Shown piece by piece: positions 9,539 to 18,308 of a stretch of DNA of 64,000 nt (position 1 is its first letter; each line of letters begins with the position of its first letter). The stretch lies in NCBI GenBank assembly GCA_014729085.1, contig WJKM01000011.1:170852-234851 (forward strand), in the 5' to 3' direction. The translations under genes were made by a program, and so were the position numbers. The DNA comes from Candidatus Dojkabacteria bacterium. GTDB taxonomy: Bacteria > Patescibacteriota > Dojkabacteria > B142 > WJKM01. The notes beneath the pieces are model-generated. The model searched no databases and was not told where the DNA came from. It saw only the letters and a program-made list of their open reading frames with translations.

Positions 9539-10858
9539 ATGGAACAAGAAAGCAAGGTTAAAGCTGGTGCTGGTCTTTTAGCATTAGGACTCCTAACAGC
9601 TCTAGGCGCTACAGGATGCGGAGGTAGTCCAGAAGCAGGTGGGTTTACTGAAGATAACCCAAATGATGATAATCCAACTATTTCACTTACTCAGGTTCCT
9701 GGTACAATACCAGAACCTCGAGATGACGATTTCATCGGACCTGTAGCAACTACGCCAGCTCCTGGAAACCTTCCATTCTACCCAGACTATGATGGTAATG
9801 GTTGGATTCACGTTAATGAAAATAGACAGGAATTTATGAATATGTTCGGAAATTATCTGCTTACACTTGGATTGCCCCCTGAAGATGCGATGGACATAAT
9901 GCAAAGTCTGAAAAGTTACGATCTCGACAATAATGATAGAGCTGATATTCTGGACATTTTTTATGATGAAAATAATCAATTCATACAACACGCAAATGCT
10001 TCGGAATTAATTGCTCCCTATAAAAATTTCGATGGAGATTTATATATTGATGGACATGATCCAGACGATGATGGAGATTTGATTCCGGATGACCAAGAAA
10101 TAGGTTCTCCATACGCTTGGGATACAGATAACGATGGTGCAGGAGATTACTTAGAAGCTAATACTGGAACTGATCCTAATGACCCAGAAAGCTATAATCC
10201 AGTTTATATAAACATGCCTTCTGAACTCAACTTATCTTCTTTTGAAATATTTACCTCTAACGTAGAGAATCCAGGAGAAGCGGATGTAATTTTTTTCCCA
10301 TTCCGACATGGAGATCAGCGAACTGCAAGAACTGCAGGAATGGAAACTGAACGTGAAATATCCCAGGATTTTCTAGAGACATATCATGGGCTTTATCCTG
10401 ATAAACCCTTAGTATTTTTGTTAGAAGGTATTCCTAGAGGTGAAGTTGTTCCTCCATCTAATAGAGATAGATTAACATTTAATTATCAGGCAGATGAAGA
10501 TACAGCTATAACTGCTGGGTGGGATGATAGGATTAGTAATGAAATGACTTTTCAAGTATTAGAGGAAAAAGCTGAATTACTTAACCCTTTATGGGAAGAA
10601 GGCTATGGAATCCTAGAAACAGAAGAAAGTACAGGTTCTCCCATCGTAGGAAGGTGGGTAGAGCTTAATCAAACTGAAGATTCACTTTCTGAAACAAGAA
10701 ATCAAAGCCTAGCAGATACTATCCAAGATTATATTGATCAAGGTTATACTGTTGTTGTAACAGCTGGTGAACTTCACTACACCGATGATGATGCACAGGT
10801 TGTAAGAGATTACGTTGAAAGCCAAAATCATATCGTATTTCATCAAAAAGATGAATAA
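9539..10858 (+). CDS. MEQER-family lipoprotein 5 with TSP3-like acidic repeats
   Basis: MEQESKVKAGAGLLALGLLTALGATGC-GG lipobox, then DPDDDGDLIPDDQE and DTDNDGAGDYLEANTGTDPNDPESYNP motifs; 439 aa. Confidence 0.65.
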   Translation: MEQESKVKAGAGLLALGLLTALGATGCGGSPEAGGFTEDNPNDDNPTISLTQVPGTIPEPRDDDFIGPVATTPAPGNLPFYPDYDGNGWIHVNENRQEFMNMFGNYLLTLGLPPEDAMDIMQSLKSYDLDNNDRADILDIFYDENNQFIQHANASELIAPYKNFDGDLYIDGHDPDDDGDLIPDDQEIGSPYAWDTDNDGAGDYLEANTGTDPNDPESYNPVYINMPSELNLSSFEIFTSNVENPGEADVIFFPFRHGDQRTARTAGMETEREISQDFLETYHGLYPDKPLVFLLEGIPRGEVVPPSNRDRLTFNYQADEDTAITAGWDDRISNEMTFQVLEEKAELLNPLWEEGYGILETEESTGSPIVGRWVELNQTEDSLSETRNQSLADTIQDYIDQGYTVVVTAGELHYTDDDAQVVRDYVESQNHIVFHQKDE

Positions 10859-10890
10859 CAAAAACTAACAAGCGGAATTTTGTGGGGGGG

Positions 10891-12435
10891 TCACTCTCCA
10901 CCCCCAGCTGGGGGTAGTGGATCGTAATTGCTTGGTACAAAGCTTGATTTGGATTGAGGTGTCTTTTTATTTTGTTGAACCGTTTCTACAACTTCCTCTT
11001 TAGTCTCTTCTTCTTTTGATTTGGCCGTGTCCTTTTCTTCTTGCTCATCATCTTCTTTTGTGGTTATCTTCTCTTCAGTTTCTTTTTCTTCTTCTTTAAC
11101 TTTTGGTTCTATCATTTTGGTTACATATTTCATATCATCTTCGGTGACATCTTTTTCTTCATCGCTTTGTTGCTCTTTATCAGCTACAACTGTTTCGACC
11201 TGTTGAGTCTCTTTAATCGCTGTATCTTTTTCTACAACCTCAGCTTCTTCAGGCAACTCCCTATCCTTCGAGATAGCTGGAATCTTTTCCTTCTCAGATT
11301 TGATTACTTCTTTTTCTTGTTCAGTCTCCTTTTGTGTCTCTATTTCTCCTTCCGGCTCCATTTCCATTTTTTTAAAAAATTTTTCAAAAATAGCCCCTGC
11401 TCTTTGCTTCGACCAAAAATACACATAGTTCTTATCCCCAAGTCTATAAAATTCCTTAGTTAACTCCAACGCAGAATATTTATTGGATGAAACCTGCATA
11501 AATCCATGAATATTATCTTCCAACTTAACCATTACTACTGCAACATCGCATTCCTTGATCTTGGCAATTGGTATACGATCTTCATTGCTTAAGCTCCCTA
11601 CCACATCACTGGTAATATTTTCGTCGTCTACATATGCGAAACAGAAATTATCTTTTACTTTTAAGTTCTGGAAAACAGCGTTAAACCAGTAAACATGCTT
11701 TTTGGTCAATTTTTTATAAATTCTGCTATTTGCTGTATCTATATCTGCCTTGTCCTTATTGACAAGTAAATATAGGTTTTTTACTGTCTGTCTATTAGCG
11801 TTTATCTTTAAATTCTGGGTGTTAAAAAATATTCCAGTAAGTAAATGAGTTGCTTGTTCCTGACTTAGAGGAATATTTAACTGTCTCGAAAACATCTTGA
11901 CTAATTCAGATAACGAGCTGGAAGGAATAATATACTTTGAATCGGTGACAACACCAGAATCATAATAATGAACTAATTTTGTCTCGTCTGTTATTACTGA
12001 TTCTCCGAAGCTTTGTCTAAATTCATTTGAGTTTTCAAGCTGAGAAAACCCCAAAAGCAATATTTGGTCAAATTTAATCTTATCTCTTGAAAAGCTTATA
12101 GCCTGTTTGTTTAAATTTCCTGATTTGGTAGTTATAACCAACTTGAATTCATTTTCAGATTTTTGAATGTCAATATCTTCAATTTCCTTATCTGTTGGCA
12201 ACTTTGCGTAAAACCTTCTACTCTGGACCGAATTAACCATATTCAAACCTTCCGCAGGAAAATTCTTCTCAAACACCTCTTGGTATTTATCTAAGTTTGT
12301 TAAAATAGTTACATCTTTACCAACTTTATCCAATAATTGTGCTAAAACTATTGTGGAAGCTACTGAATCTGGATTTAATTGGTCAGGAGTAACTAAAAGT
12401 ATATTGTTGATATTTTTATCAATTATTTTATTCAT
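10891..12435 (-). CDS. degenerate DHH/DHHA1 (NrnA-like) phosphoesterase-family protein with a long E/K-rich low-complexity C-terminal tail
   Basis: N-terminal LLVTPDQLNPDSVASTIVLAQLLDKVGKDVTIL resembles DHH motifs I/II with the catalytic His substituted. ATHLLTGIFFNTQNL and ...WSKQRAGAIF resemble DHHA1. The last ~130 aa are a KEEEKETEEK-type charged tail. Confidence 0.5.
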   Translation of the reverse strand: MNKIIDKNINNILLVTPDQLNPDSVASTIVLAQLLDKVGKDVTILTNLDKYQEVFEKNFPAEGLNMVNSVQSRRFYAKLPTDKEIEDIDIQKSENEFKLVITTKSGNLNKQAISFSRDKIKFDQILLLGFSQLENSNEFRQSFGESVITDETKLVHYYDSGVVTDSKYIIPSSSLSELVKMFSRQLNIPLSQEQATHLLTGIFFNTQNLKINANRQTVKNLYLLVNKDKADIDTANSRIYKKLTKKHVYWFNAVFQNLKVKDNFCFAYVDDENITSDVVGSLSNEDRIPIAKIKECDVAVVMVKLEDNIHGFMQVSSNKYSALELTKEFYRLGDKNYVYFWSKQRAGAIFEKFFKKMEMEPEGEIETQKETEQEKEVIKSEKEKIPAISKDRELPEEAEVVEKDTAIKETQQVETVVADKEQQSDEEKDVTEDDMKYVTKMIEPKVKEEEKETEEKITTKEDDEQEEKDTAKSKEEETKEEVVETVQQNKKTPQSKSSFVPSNYDPLPPAGGGE

Positions 12436-12570
12436 AAATAATAATTGACTATAAGATTAAATTGAAGTACAATTATTATATCACAAAAAACCGTTATTTC
12501 AAATGAAAAGAACAATTCCTAGGGTTTATTTTTTTCAACTATAATGTATTAACTAATATTCTATAATAAG

Positions 12571-13203
12571 ATGAATTTAAAAAAGTTAATTGTTTTAATA
12601 TTTCTTGGCCTTTTAGGTGTATTTATTATCTTTATTTTTATCATGCTTTTTACACTAGGCGGAAGTATTGTCCTTGGAAAAAGCTTAATTGAGGATAATC
12701 AATACTACAGATCTCCTCCCCTAGAATTTTCAAAAAGTGATAGCTTGACTGTACAATTAACAGCACAAGTAGATTCATCTAACGAATTCATACTTCATAT
12801 ACCAAAAATTGACCTTACAAAGAACGTCATCCCTAATGTGAACCCAATTAATGAGAGCATTTATATGGATGTTATTAAACAAGATGTAGCTCATGGAAAA
12901 TGGACACTCACCCCAAATGAAGTGGCTGAACAAAATTCAGGAATCACCTATATATTTGCTCACAGAGCTGGTGAATTTGCCATATTCGATCAAATCGATC
13001 AATTAAACAAAGGTGATCTAGTTGAAATTTTTTACCATGGTGATATTTATCTTTACCAAGTGGAGACCAAGCGTGTAGTCGAAAAATCCCATGTTCAAGA
13101 ATACACTTCAATATCTGACGAACCTCTTCTTCGTATCCAAACTTGCGAAAACGGTCAAAAACAAAGATTAATTATTGATTCACTTCTTGTTCAAGTTGTT
13201 TAA
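12571..13203 (+). CDS. sortase-family transpeptidase
   Basis: N-terminal TM anchor; LHIPKIDL motif, His in IFAHRAG, catalytic Cys in LLRIQTCENG (a TLxTC-like motif), and a downstream Arg (QKQRLII). Confidence 0.7.
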   Translation: MNLKKLIVLIFLGLLGVFIIFIFIMLFTLGGSIVLGKSLIEDNQYYRSPPLEFSKSDSLTVQLTAQVDSSNEFILHIPKIDLTKNVIPNVNPINESIYMDVIKQDVAHGKWTLTPNEVAEQNSGITYIFAHRAGEFAIFDQIDQLNKGDLVEIFYHGDIYLYQVETKRVVEKSHVQEYTSISDEPLLRIQTCENGQKQRLIIDSLLVQVV

Positions 13204-13339
13204 ACGGCTTGCTTAATTCAAATATTCCTTTTTGTAACCTCCCCTATCTAAATATATGAACGAATCAATTGTGACGGATTGAGACAGGTGGTAACATTAT
13301 TTAGTTAGATCTTAGGAAAGTGTCTCAGCTTGTCACTAA

Positions 13340-13903
13340 GTGTTACTATCTGTCATCAAATTACATGTGAATGAGAAGCAACTAATTAAAAAAGCGAAAA
13401 AAGGCAAGAAAGAAGCTTTGGAAAAGCTGTATAGCCAAAATTTTACCTCATTATTCAAGTATGTAAAATACAAGGTAGATTCTGATGAAATAACTGAAGA
13501 TATTTGTGCAGAAAGTTTTACACGTGCATTTGAAACTATTGAAAGATTTAGAGGTAAATCATCATTTAAAACTTATGTCTATGCAATAGCACGGAACTTA
13601 ATAATTAAACATTATCAAACAAAATCAAAAAAGTATTCCCTGACAGAAAGAGAGTATTTATTAAAAGACTATGATCAAAACGATCAAAACCAAACAAATA
13701 AAAAAAGTGATGCAGAAAAAGAAGTTGCGGAACTATTGTCCAATCTAAATGAAAAAGAACGAAAAGTAATTGAATACAGATATTTATTTAGTATGAGTGT
13801 AAAAGATACAGCCGATGCTTTAAACCTTAGTGAGTCAAATGTGAAAGTCATTACTCACCGTGCTTTAAAAAAGTGCAAGAAAATTGTATTTGAAAAGACT
13901 TAG
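13340..13903 (+). CDS. ECF-type sigma-70 family RNA polymerase sigma factor
   Basis: Region 2-like ...ICAESFTRAFETIERF... and a region 4 HTH (ELLSNLNEKERKVIEYRYLFSMSVKDTADALNLSESNVKVITHRALKKC). The track begins at a GTG at 13340; the true start is probably a few codons downstream. Confidence 0.7.
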   Translation: MLLSVIKLHVNEKQLIKKAKKGKKEALEKLYSQNFTSLFKYVKYKVDSDEITEDICAESFTRAFETIERFRGKSSFKTYVYAIARNLIIKHYQTKSKKYSLTEREYLLKDYDQNDQNQTNKKSDAEKEVAELLSNLNEKERKVIEYRYLFSMSVKDTADALNLSESNVKVITHRALKKCKKIVFEKT

Positions 13904-15104
13904 TAAAATATTTAGAAAACCTAAAATTATGGATACAAACTTCAACGATACAATCAAAAAGTTTCAAAGATATTCTGAGGATCTTAGTCCTTCAAAACAA
14001 CAAGAACAAAGGGTTAGAAACGCGATCTTTTCTAATAATTTTGAAAATTCCAAAAAAGAAAGTACTTTATCTAAATTTTTAAATCTATTTTCTATGAAAA
14101 ATAAACACAAGGCTCTCTGGGGAGTTGCCGGACTTTTTGGACTATGTATATTCGTTTCCCTCCCCTTGATTTTTATGGGCAAAATGCAAATGACAAAGCA
14201 AAATGCCCTCCCCCCTTCACCTCCGGAAAGGATACATTCAGAATCGCAAAATGAGGTGATGGAAGATGAAATGACACAGGAGTATAAAAATAAAGAGACG
14301 CTGAATGAACCCGATTCTTCCGACTTTATAGAAATGGAAGAACAAGAATCTGTCTCGGGATACTATGGTACTGAAACTGACATAATGCCTGACTTTGATT
14401 ATGAGAGAGATGGAACTGATGTACCTGAAGATACCAAAACACCTATGTACGAAAGAGCTCAAAAAAGAGAGGCTTATATAGATATCACTGTTGATGACTT
14501 TAATAACCGCTATACAGAATTTACAGGGAAAATATCATCAATAGGCGGTTATATTCAAACTAGCGAAACTAACTCATATGAAGATTATAGTTACGGAAAC
14601 TTTACAATCCGCGTTCCGGTCGCAAAATTTGATGAAATGATGGATTTCCTCAGAAATTTGGGTGTTTCTATAAATAGTGAAAATATTACAATTACAGATA
14701 AACAAAACGAACTAACTCATGTCTCTAAAAAGATTGAGGATAATGAAGCCCAAATTAAAACCCTAAAAGATAAGGACTATCTTACAAACGAGGAGAAAGA
14801 AAAACTAGCTAGACTAGAAAGAGAGCTTGAATCTGACAAAAAAGAACAGAAGGAAATACTTGAAGAGACAGAATTCTCAACTATTAGTGTATACATGCGT
14901 ACAGAAGATATTAAAGAAGATGAATGGTCAATTTCCAATACTTTTAGTGAAGTCTTGAGGACTTTGGAATATATAGTACAATTCTGGATCAACGTTGCTT
15001 TATGGAGTCTGGTTCCTCTAGCCTTCTTCCTACCAGTAGTAATAGGAATTGTTTTACTTATTAAACTTCTTAAAAAAAAGAGAAGGAACACAAAGAAAAG
15101 TTAA
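13884..15104 (+). CDS. membrane protein with a DUF4349-like extracytoplasmic domain; putative cognate anti-sigma factor
   Basis: Immediately downstream of the sigma gene; the likely start is the ATG at 13929 (MDTNF...). It has a short cytoplasmic N-terminus, a TM helix (ALWGVAGLFGLCIFVSLPLIF), a DUF4349-like segment (AYIDITVDDFNNRYTEFTGKISSIGGYIQTS...FTIRVPVAKFDEMMDFLRNLG), a coiled coil and a C-terminal TM. Confidence 0.55.
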   Translation: MYLKRLSKIFRKPKIMDTNFNDTIKKFQRYSEDLSPSKQQEQRVRNAIFSNNFENSKKESTLSKFLNLFSMKNKHKALWGVAGLFGLCIFVSLPLIFMGKMQMTKQNALPPSPPERIHSESQNEVMEDEMTQEYKNKETLNEPDSSDFIEMEEQESVSGYYGTETDIMPDFDYERDGTDVPEDTKTPMYERAQKREAYIDITVDDFNNRYTEFTGKISSIGGYIQTSETNSYEDYSYGNFTIRVPVAKFDEMMDFLRNLGVSINSENITITDKQNELTHVSKKIEDNEAQIKTLKDKDYLTNEEKEKLARLERELESDKKEQKEILEETEFSTISVYMRTEDIKEDEWSISNTFSEVLRTLEYIVQFWINVALWSLVPLAFFLPVVIGIVLLIKLLKKKRRNTKKS

Positions 15105-15127
15105 AACTATAATACTACACTGTTTAC

Positions 15128-15156
15128 AAAAAGCGTCCAGTAAAGGGCGCTTTTTG
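15128..15156 (+). terminator. rho-independent terminator downstream of the anti-sigma gene
   Basis: aaaaagcgtcc-agtaaa-gggcgcttttt: 9-10 bp GC-containing stem, 6-nt loop, T-run. Confidence 0.6.
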
Positions 15157-15226
15157 TATATCTATTGACAAAATTATTTATATAGTAGTACAATATTATA
15201 GGCTTAAACTATTATAAAATCTATAA

Positions 15227-15853
15227 ATGGAAATAATTTCAAGAGATACCCAAGAGAAAGTTAATTGGGGGAATACAGCTAAGAACCTATTAGCCTTAGC
15301 TGGTGGTCTTGGTCTAGCAGGCCTTGCAATAGACGGCCTTGACGGACACATTGATACAGTGGATATAACAAACTTTAGACACTACAAAGACACCGATGGC
15401 GATGGACTTTCCGATGAATTAGAAAACCAACTCGGAACTGATTTTCTAGATCCTGATACCAATAACGATGGGTTAACTGACTGGCAGAACTTAAATGATG
15501 GTGGAAATCCTTTTAACTACTATAAAGATGAAGTAAAGAATGAATTATCAGATGAAGATATGGATAATCTACCTAATATGGATGGAGATGATGACTGGGA
15601 TGGTATTGACGAGGATGTCGATGGAGACTTAATTGTTAACACACTTGAACTTCAAGATTGGGGAGAAGGTATGATGCTAGGAACAGATCCACTTAATCCA
15701 GATACCGATGGTGATGGATTAACTGACGGAGAGGAAGTTGAACCAGTAAATATAGAAGGTGGCTTATATACAGGTGTGAGACCTTATGATATGGATGGAG
15801 ATGCAGTAATCGGTCCAAGAGACCCAGGTGAACAAGAAAATCATAATCCTTAA
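15227..15853 (+). CDS. acidic Ca-binding repeat protein (thrombospondin type 3-like DxDxDG repeats)
   Basis: Hydrophobic N-terminal segment (LLALAGGLGLAGLAI), then repeated DTDGDGLSDELENQLGTDFLDPDTNNDGLTD ... GTDPLNPDTDGDGLTDGEE motifs. Confidence 0.55.
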   Translation: MEIISRDTQEKVNWGNTAKNLLALAGGLGLAGLAIDGLDGHIDTVDITNFRHYKDTDGDGLSDELENQLGTDFLDPDTNNDGLTDWQNLNDGGNPFNYYKDEVKNELSDEDMDNLPNMDGDDDWDGIDEDVDGDLIVNTLELQDWGEGMMLGTDPLNPDTDGDGLTDGEEVEPVNIEGGLYTGVRPYDMDGDAVIGPRDPGEQENHNP

Positions 15854-15876
15854 TCAAAATTTTAATAATCCATATA

Positions 15877-15903
15877 AAAGCTCGGTCTTTCCGAGCTTTT
15901 TTT
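15877..15903 (+). terminator. rho-independent terminator
   Basis: aaaagctcgg-tcttt-ccgagcttttttt: perfect 9-bp stem plus T-tract, immediately after the stop at 15853. Confidence 0.75.
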
Positions 15904-15977
15904 GTATTTCAGTACAATGCGCCCTTTCACTCTTTTTTGTTAGACTTCAACTGATTTAATAAGATTATCTTTATTCT

Positions 15978-17498
15978 ATGTTGGCAAAAGTTTATACTGC
16001 TGCTTTAATAGGTCTGAATCCTCAAATAGTTGAAGTCGAAATTGATATACAAAAAGGACTGTTCAAATTCAATATTGTTGGATTAGGAGATAAAGCTGTT
16101 CAAGAATCAAAAGAAAGAGTGATCTCGGCAATTAAAAACTCAACCTGTGATTTTGTCTATAAAAAAATTACAGTTAATTTGGCTCCAGGAGGGCTTCCAA
16201 AGACTGGACCCACTTATGACTTTCCTATTGCAGTTGGTATCCTTTTAGCATCAAAACAGATTCATTTTAATCCTGATAAAAGTTTGTTACTGGGAGAACT
16301 ATCCCTTGAGGGAAATCTCAGAAATTTAAATGGTATATTATCTATCGCTGATGGTGCAAAAAATGAAGGTTTTGAAAATATATTTCTCCCCTACTCGAAT
16401 TCAAAGGAAGCAAATTTAATAAAAAATATTAAAGTGTTTCCCGTGAAAACATTAAGTCAGTTTATTACAAATTCATCATATAAGAACTCTTTCAAACCTT
16501 TAGAAAAAGAAGAGGTTAAAATAGTACCTGACAAAAATTATCTATATGACATGAAGCACGTACAAGGTCAAAAAGTTGCTAAACGTGCACTAGAAATTGC
16601 TGCAGCAGGTGCACATAATATCTTGTTGACTGGAACACCAGGTTCAGGAAAAACACTTCTTGCGAAAAGTATACCCTCCATATTACCTTCAATTACAATA
16701 ACTGAAAGTTTAGAAATCACCCGTATCTATAGTATTGCCGGCCTTGTATCACACAATAATCCACTAGTTAGAAAAAGACCTTTTCGAAATCCGCATCATA
16801 CAAGTTCTGATGTTGCATTAGTTGGAGGAGGAACTTTTCCCAAACCTGGTGAAATATCACTGGCCCATCGAGGGATTTTATTTCTGGATGAATTTCCTGA
16901 ATTTTCACGTTCTGCCTTAGAAGCACTACGCCAACCTATGGAAGATAATATTGTTACTATTTCAAGAGCCTTAGGAACTCTACAATTCCCTGCAAATTTC
17001 ATGCTTATTGCTGCTATGAATCCATGTAAGTGCGGTTGGAAAGGAGACCCAGATAGGGAGTGTACTTGTACTCAATCCGAATACTTTAAGTATCAAAGAA
17101 AAATCAGCGGACCGATTTTAGATCGAATAGACTTGCAAATATATGTCCCAAAAGTTAAATATAAAAACTTAATTTCAGACAAAGATTCAGAGTCATCAGA
17201 GAAGATTCGGCAAAGAGTGCAAAAAGCCCGTAATATTCAAATTAAGCGTTATAAAGCTCTCAATATCGTTGCAAATGCAGAACTAAGGCAGAAAGACTTG
17301 AAAAAGTTCATTACACTCGGTACAAGGTCAAAAGATTTGCTCTCAAATGCGCTTGAAAAGCTACATTTATCTGCTAGAAGTTACTTTAGGATATTAAGAC
17401 TCAGCAGAACTATTGCCGACTTGTATAATTCTTCGAAAGTTAAGCGAACGCATGTTGCTGAAGCCTTATCTTATCGTTTAACAAATGGAAATGTCTAA
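15978..17498 (+). CDS. comM: Mg-chelatase-like AAA+ ATPase, YifB/ComM family
   Basis: N-terminal Lon-protease-like domain (YDFPIAVGIL), AAA+ Walker A LLTGTPGSGKT, Walker B ILFLDEF, and a C-terminal ChlI/Mg-chelatase domain; 506 aa. Confidence 0.85.
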   Translation: MLAKVYTAALIGLNPQIVEVEIDIQKGLFKFNIVGLGDKAVQESKERVISAIKNSTCDFVYKKITVNLAPGGLPKTGPTYDFPIAVGILLASKQIHFNPDKSLLLGELSLEGNLRNLNGILSIADGAKNEGFENIFLPYSNSKEANLIKNIKVFPVKTLSQFITNSSYKNSFKPLEKEEVKIVPDKNYLYDMKHVQGQKVAKRALEIAAAGAHNILLTGTPGSGKTLLAKSIPSILPSITITESLEITRIYSIAGLVSHNNPLVRKRPFRNPHHTSSDVALVGGGTFPKPGEISLAHRGILFLDEFPEFSRSALEALRQPMEDNIVTISRALGTLQFPANFMLIAAMNPCKCGWKGDPDRECTCTQSEYFKYQRKISGPILDRIDLQIYVPKVKYKNLISDKDSESSEKIRQRVQKARNIQIKRYKALNIVANAELRQKDLKKFITLGTRSKDLLSNALEKLHLSARSYFRILRLSRTIADLYNSSKVKRTHVAEALSYRLTNGNV

Positions 17499-17499
17499 G

Positions 17500-18099
17500 T
17501 TATTTATAAATCTCTGGATGCTCCCCTTCTCTTTTAATGTATTCCTCCAATTCAGTTGACCTCCAAAGGTTTTTCTCGGGATTTGGGACTTGGCTCACAA
17601 ATAACTTCCCATTTAGATGGTCAATTTCATGTTGAACAAGATGGGAAAAAAATCCCCTAGCTTCTATGGTTTTCTTAACCCCCTTCTCATCATAATATTC
17701 AACTTCTACATCCTCTGGCCTCCAAACTGGTCCATACAATGTATCCTCCTCTTTTTCACCTACTGACAAGCACCCCTCCCAAAATACTGATTTGTCTTTT
17801 GTTGAATTTATGATCTTAGGATTAATAAAGACTTTCCATAATTTATCTCGGGATAAATTAAAATCTTTCCCATGTTTTTTTCTACCCTCCTCTTCGAGAT
17901 CCATCCTTCTGCATACACAAATGCTTAACGATGCTCCTATCTGATTAGCCGACAAACCGGCAGATCTTTCTTCCTCTTCGACAGAAGTGTCTATCAAATC
18001 TTTTATAATACTTTTTACTTCATCACTATTGAAATCTTTTACAGGTTTTGTCTTCTCGTAGAGAAGAGGTTCTCCTATTTGATATATTTTGCGTATCAT
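17500..18099 (-). CDS. def: peptide deformylase
   Basis: PDF motifs GLSANQIG, EGCLSV and HEIDHLNG; 199 aa. Confidence 0.85.
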   Translation of the reverse strand: MIRKIYQIGEPLLYEKTKPVKDFNSDEVKSIIKDLIDTSVEEEERSAGLSANQIGASLSICVCRRMDLEEEGRKKHGKDFNLSRDKLWKVFINPKIINSTKDKSVFWEGCLSVGEKEEDTLYGPVWRPEDVEVEYYDEKGVKKTIEARGFFSHLVQHEIDHLNGKLFVSQVPNPEKNLWRSTELEEYIKREGEHPEIYK

Positions 18100-18308
18100 C
18101 TATAGCCTTTCAATTCAAAATTTGATATATTCACTTAATTATACCAAGAACATCAACCTTTTTATCTAAATAACCATATTAGAAATAAAATATAAATATG
18201 AAACTATCTTATATCTTTTCCAAATTCCAACAATATTAATAGTGAAAAATGAACCACGTTTTCACGTGAAACCGTTATGAGTTTATATTAGAAATTACAA
18301 ATTGTACA

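Noticed and set aside
2218-9560. The repeated ATGGAACAAGAAAG gene starts as a CRISPR-like or other repeat array
   Set aside because: The spacing is kilobases apart and each copy initiates a distinct long ORF. They are paralogous gene starts, not short direct repeats with spacers. No CRISPR array or cas genes were seen.
9239-9561. Small ORFs 9239-9436 and 9286-9561 in the lipoprotein 4-5 spacer
   Set aside because: Low-complexity translations with no start context; the region looks like a regulatory spacer carrying the C-rich motif.
11041-11463. 140-aa plus-strand ORF rich in Phe/Leu
   Set aside because: It is the antisense reading of the E/K-rich tail of the DHH-like gene (GAA/AAA codons read as TTC/TTT) and has no independent support.
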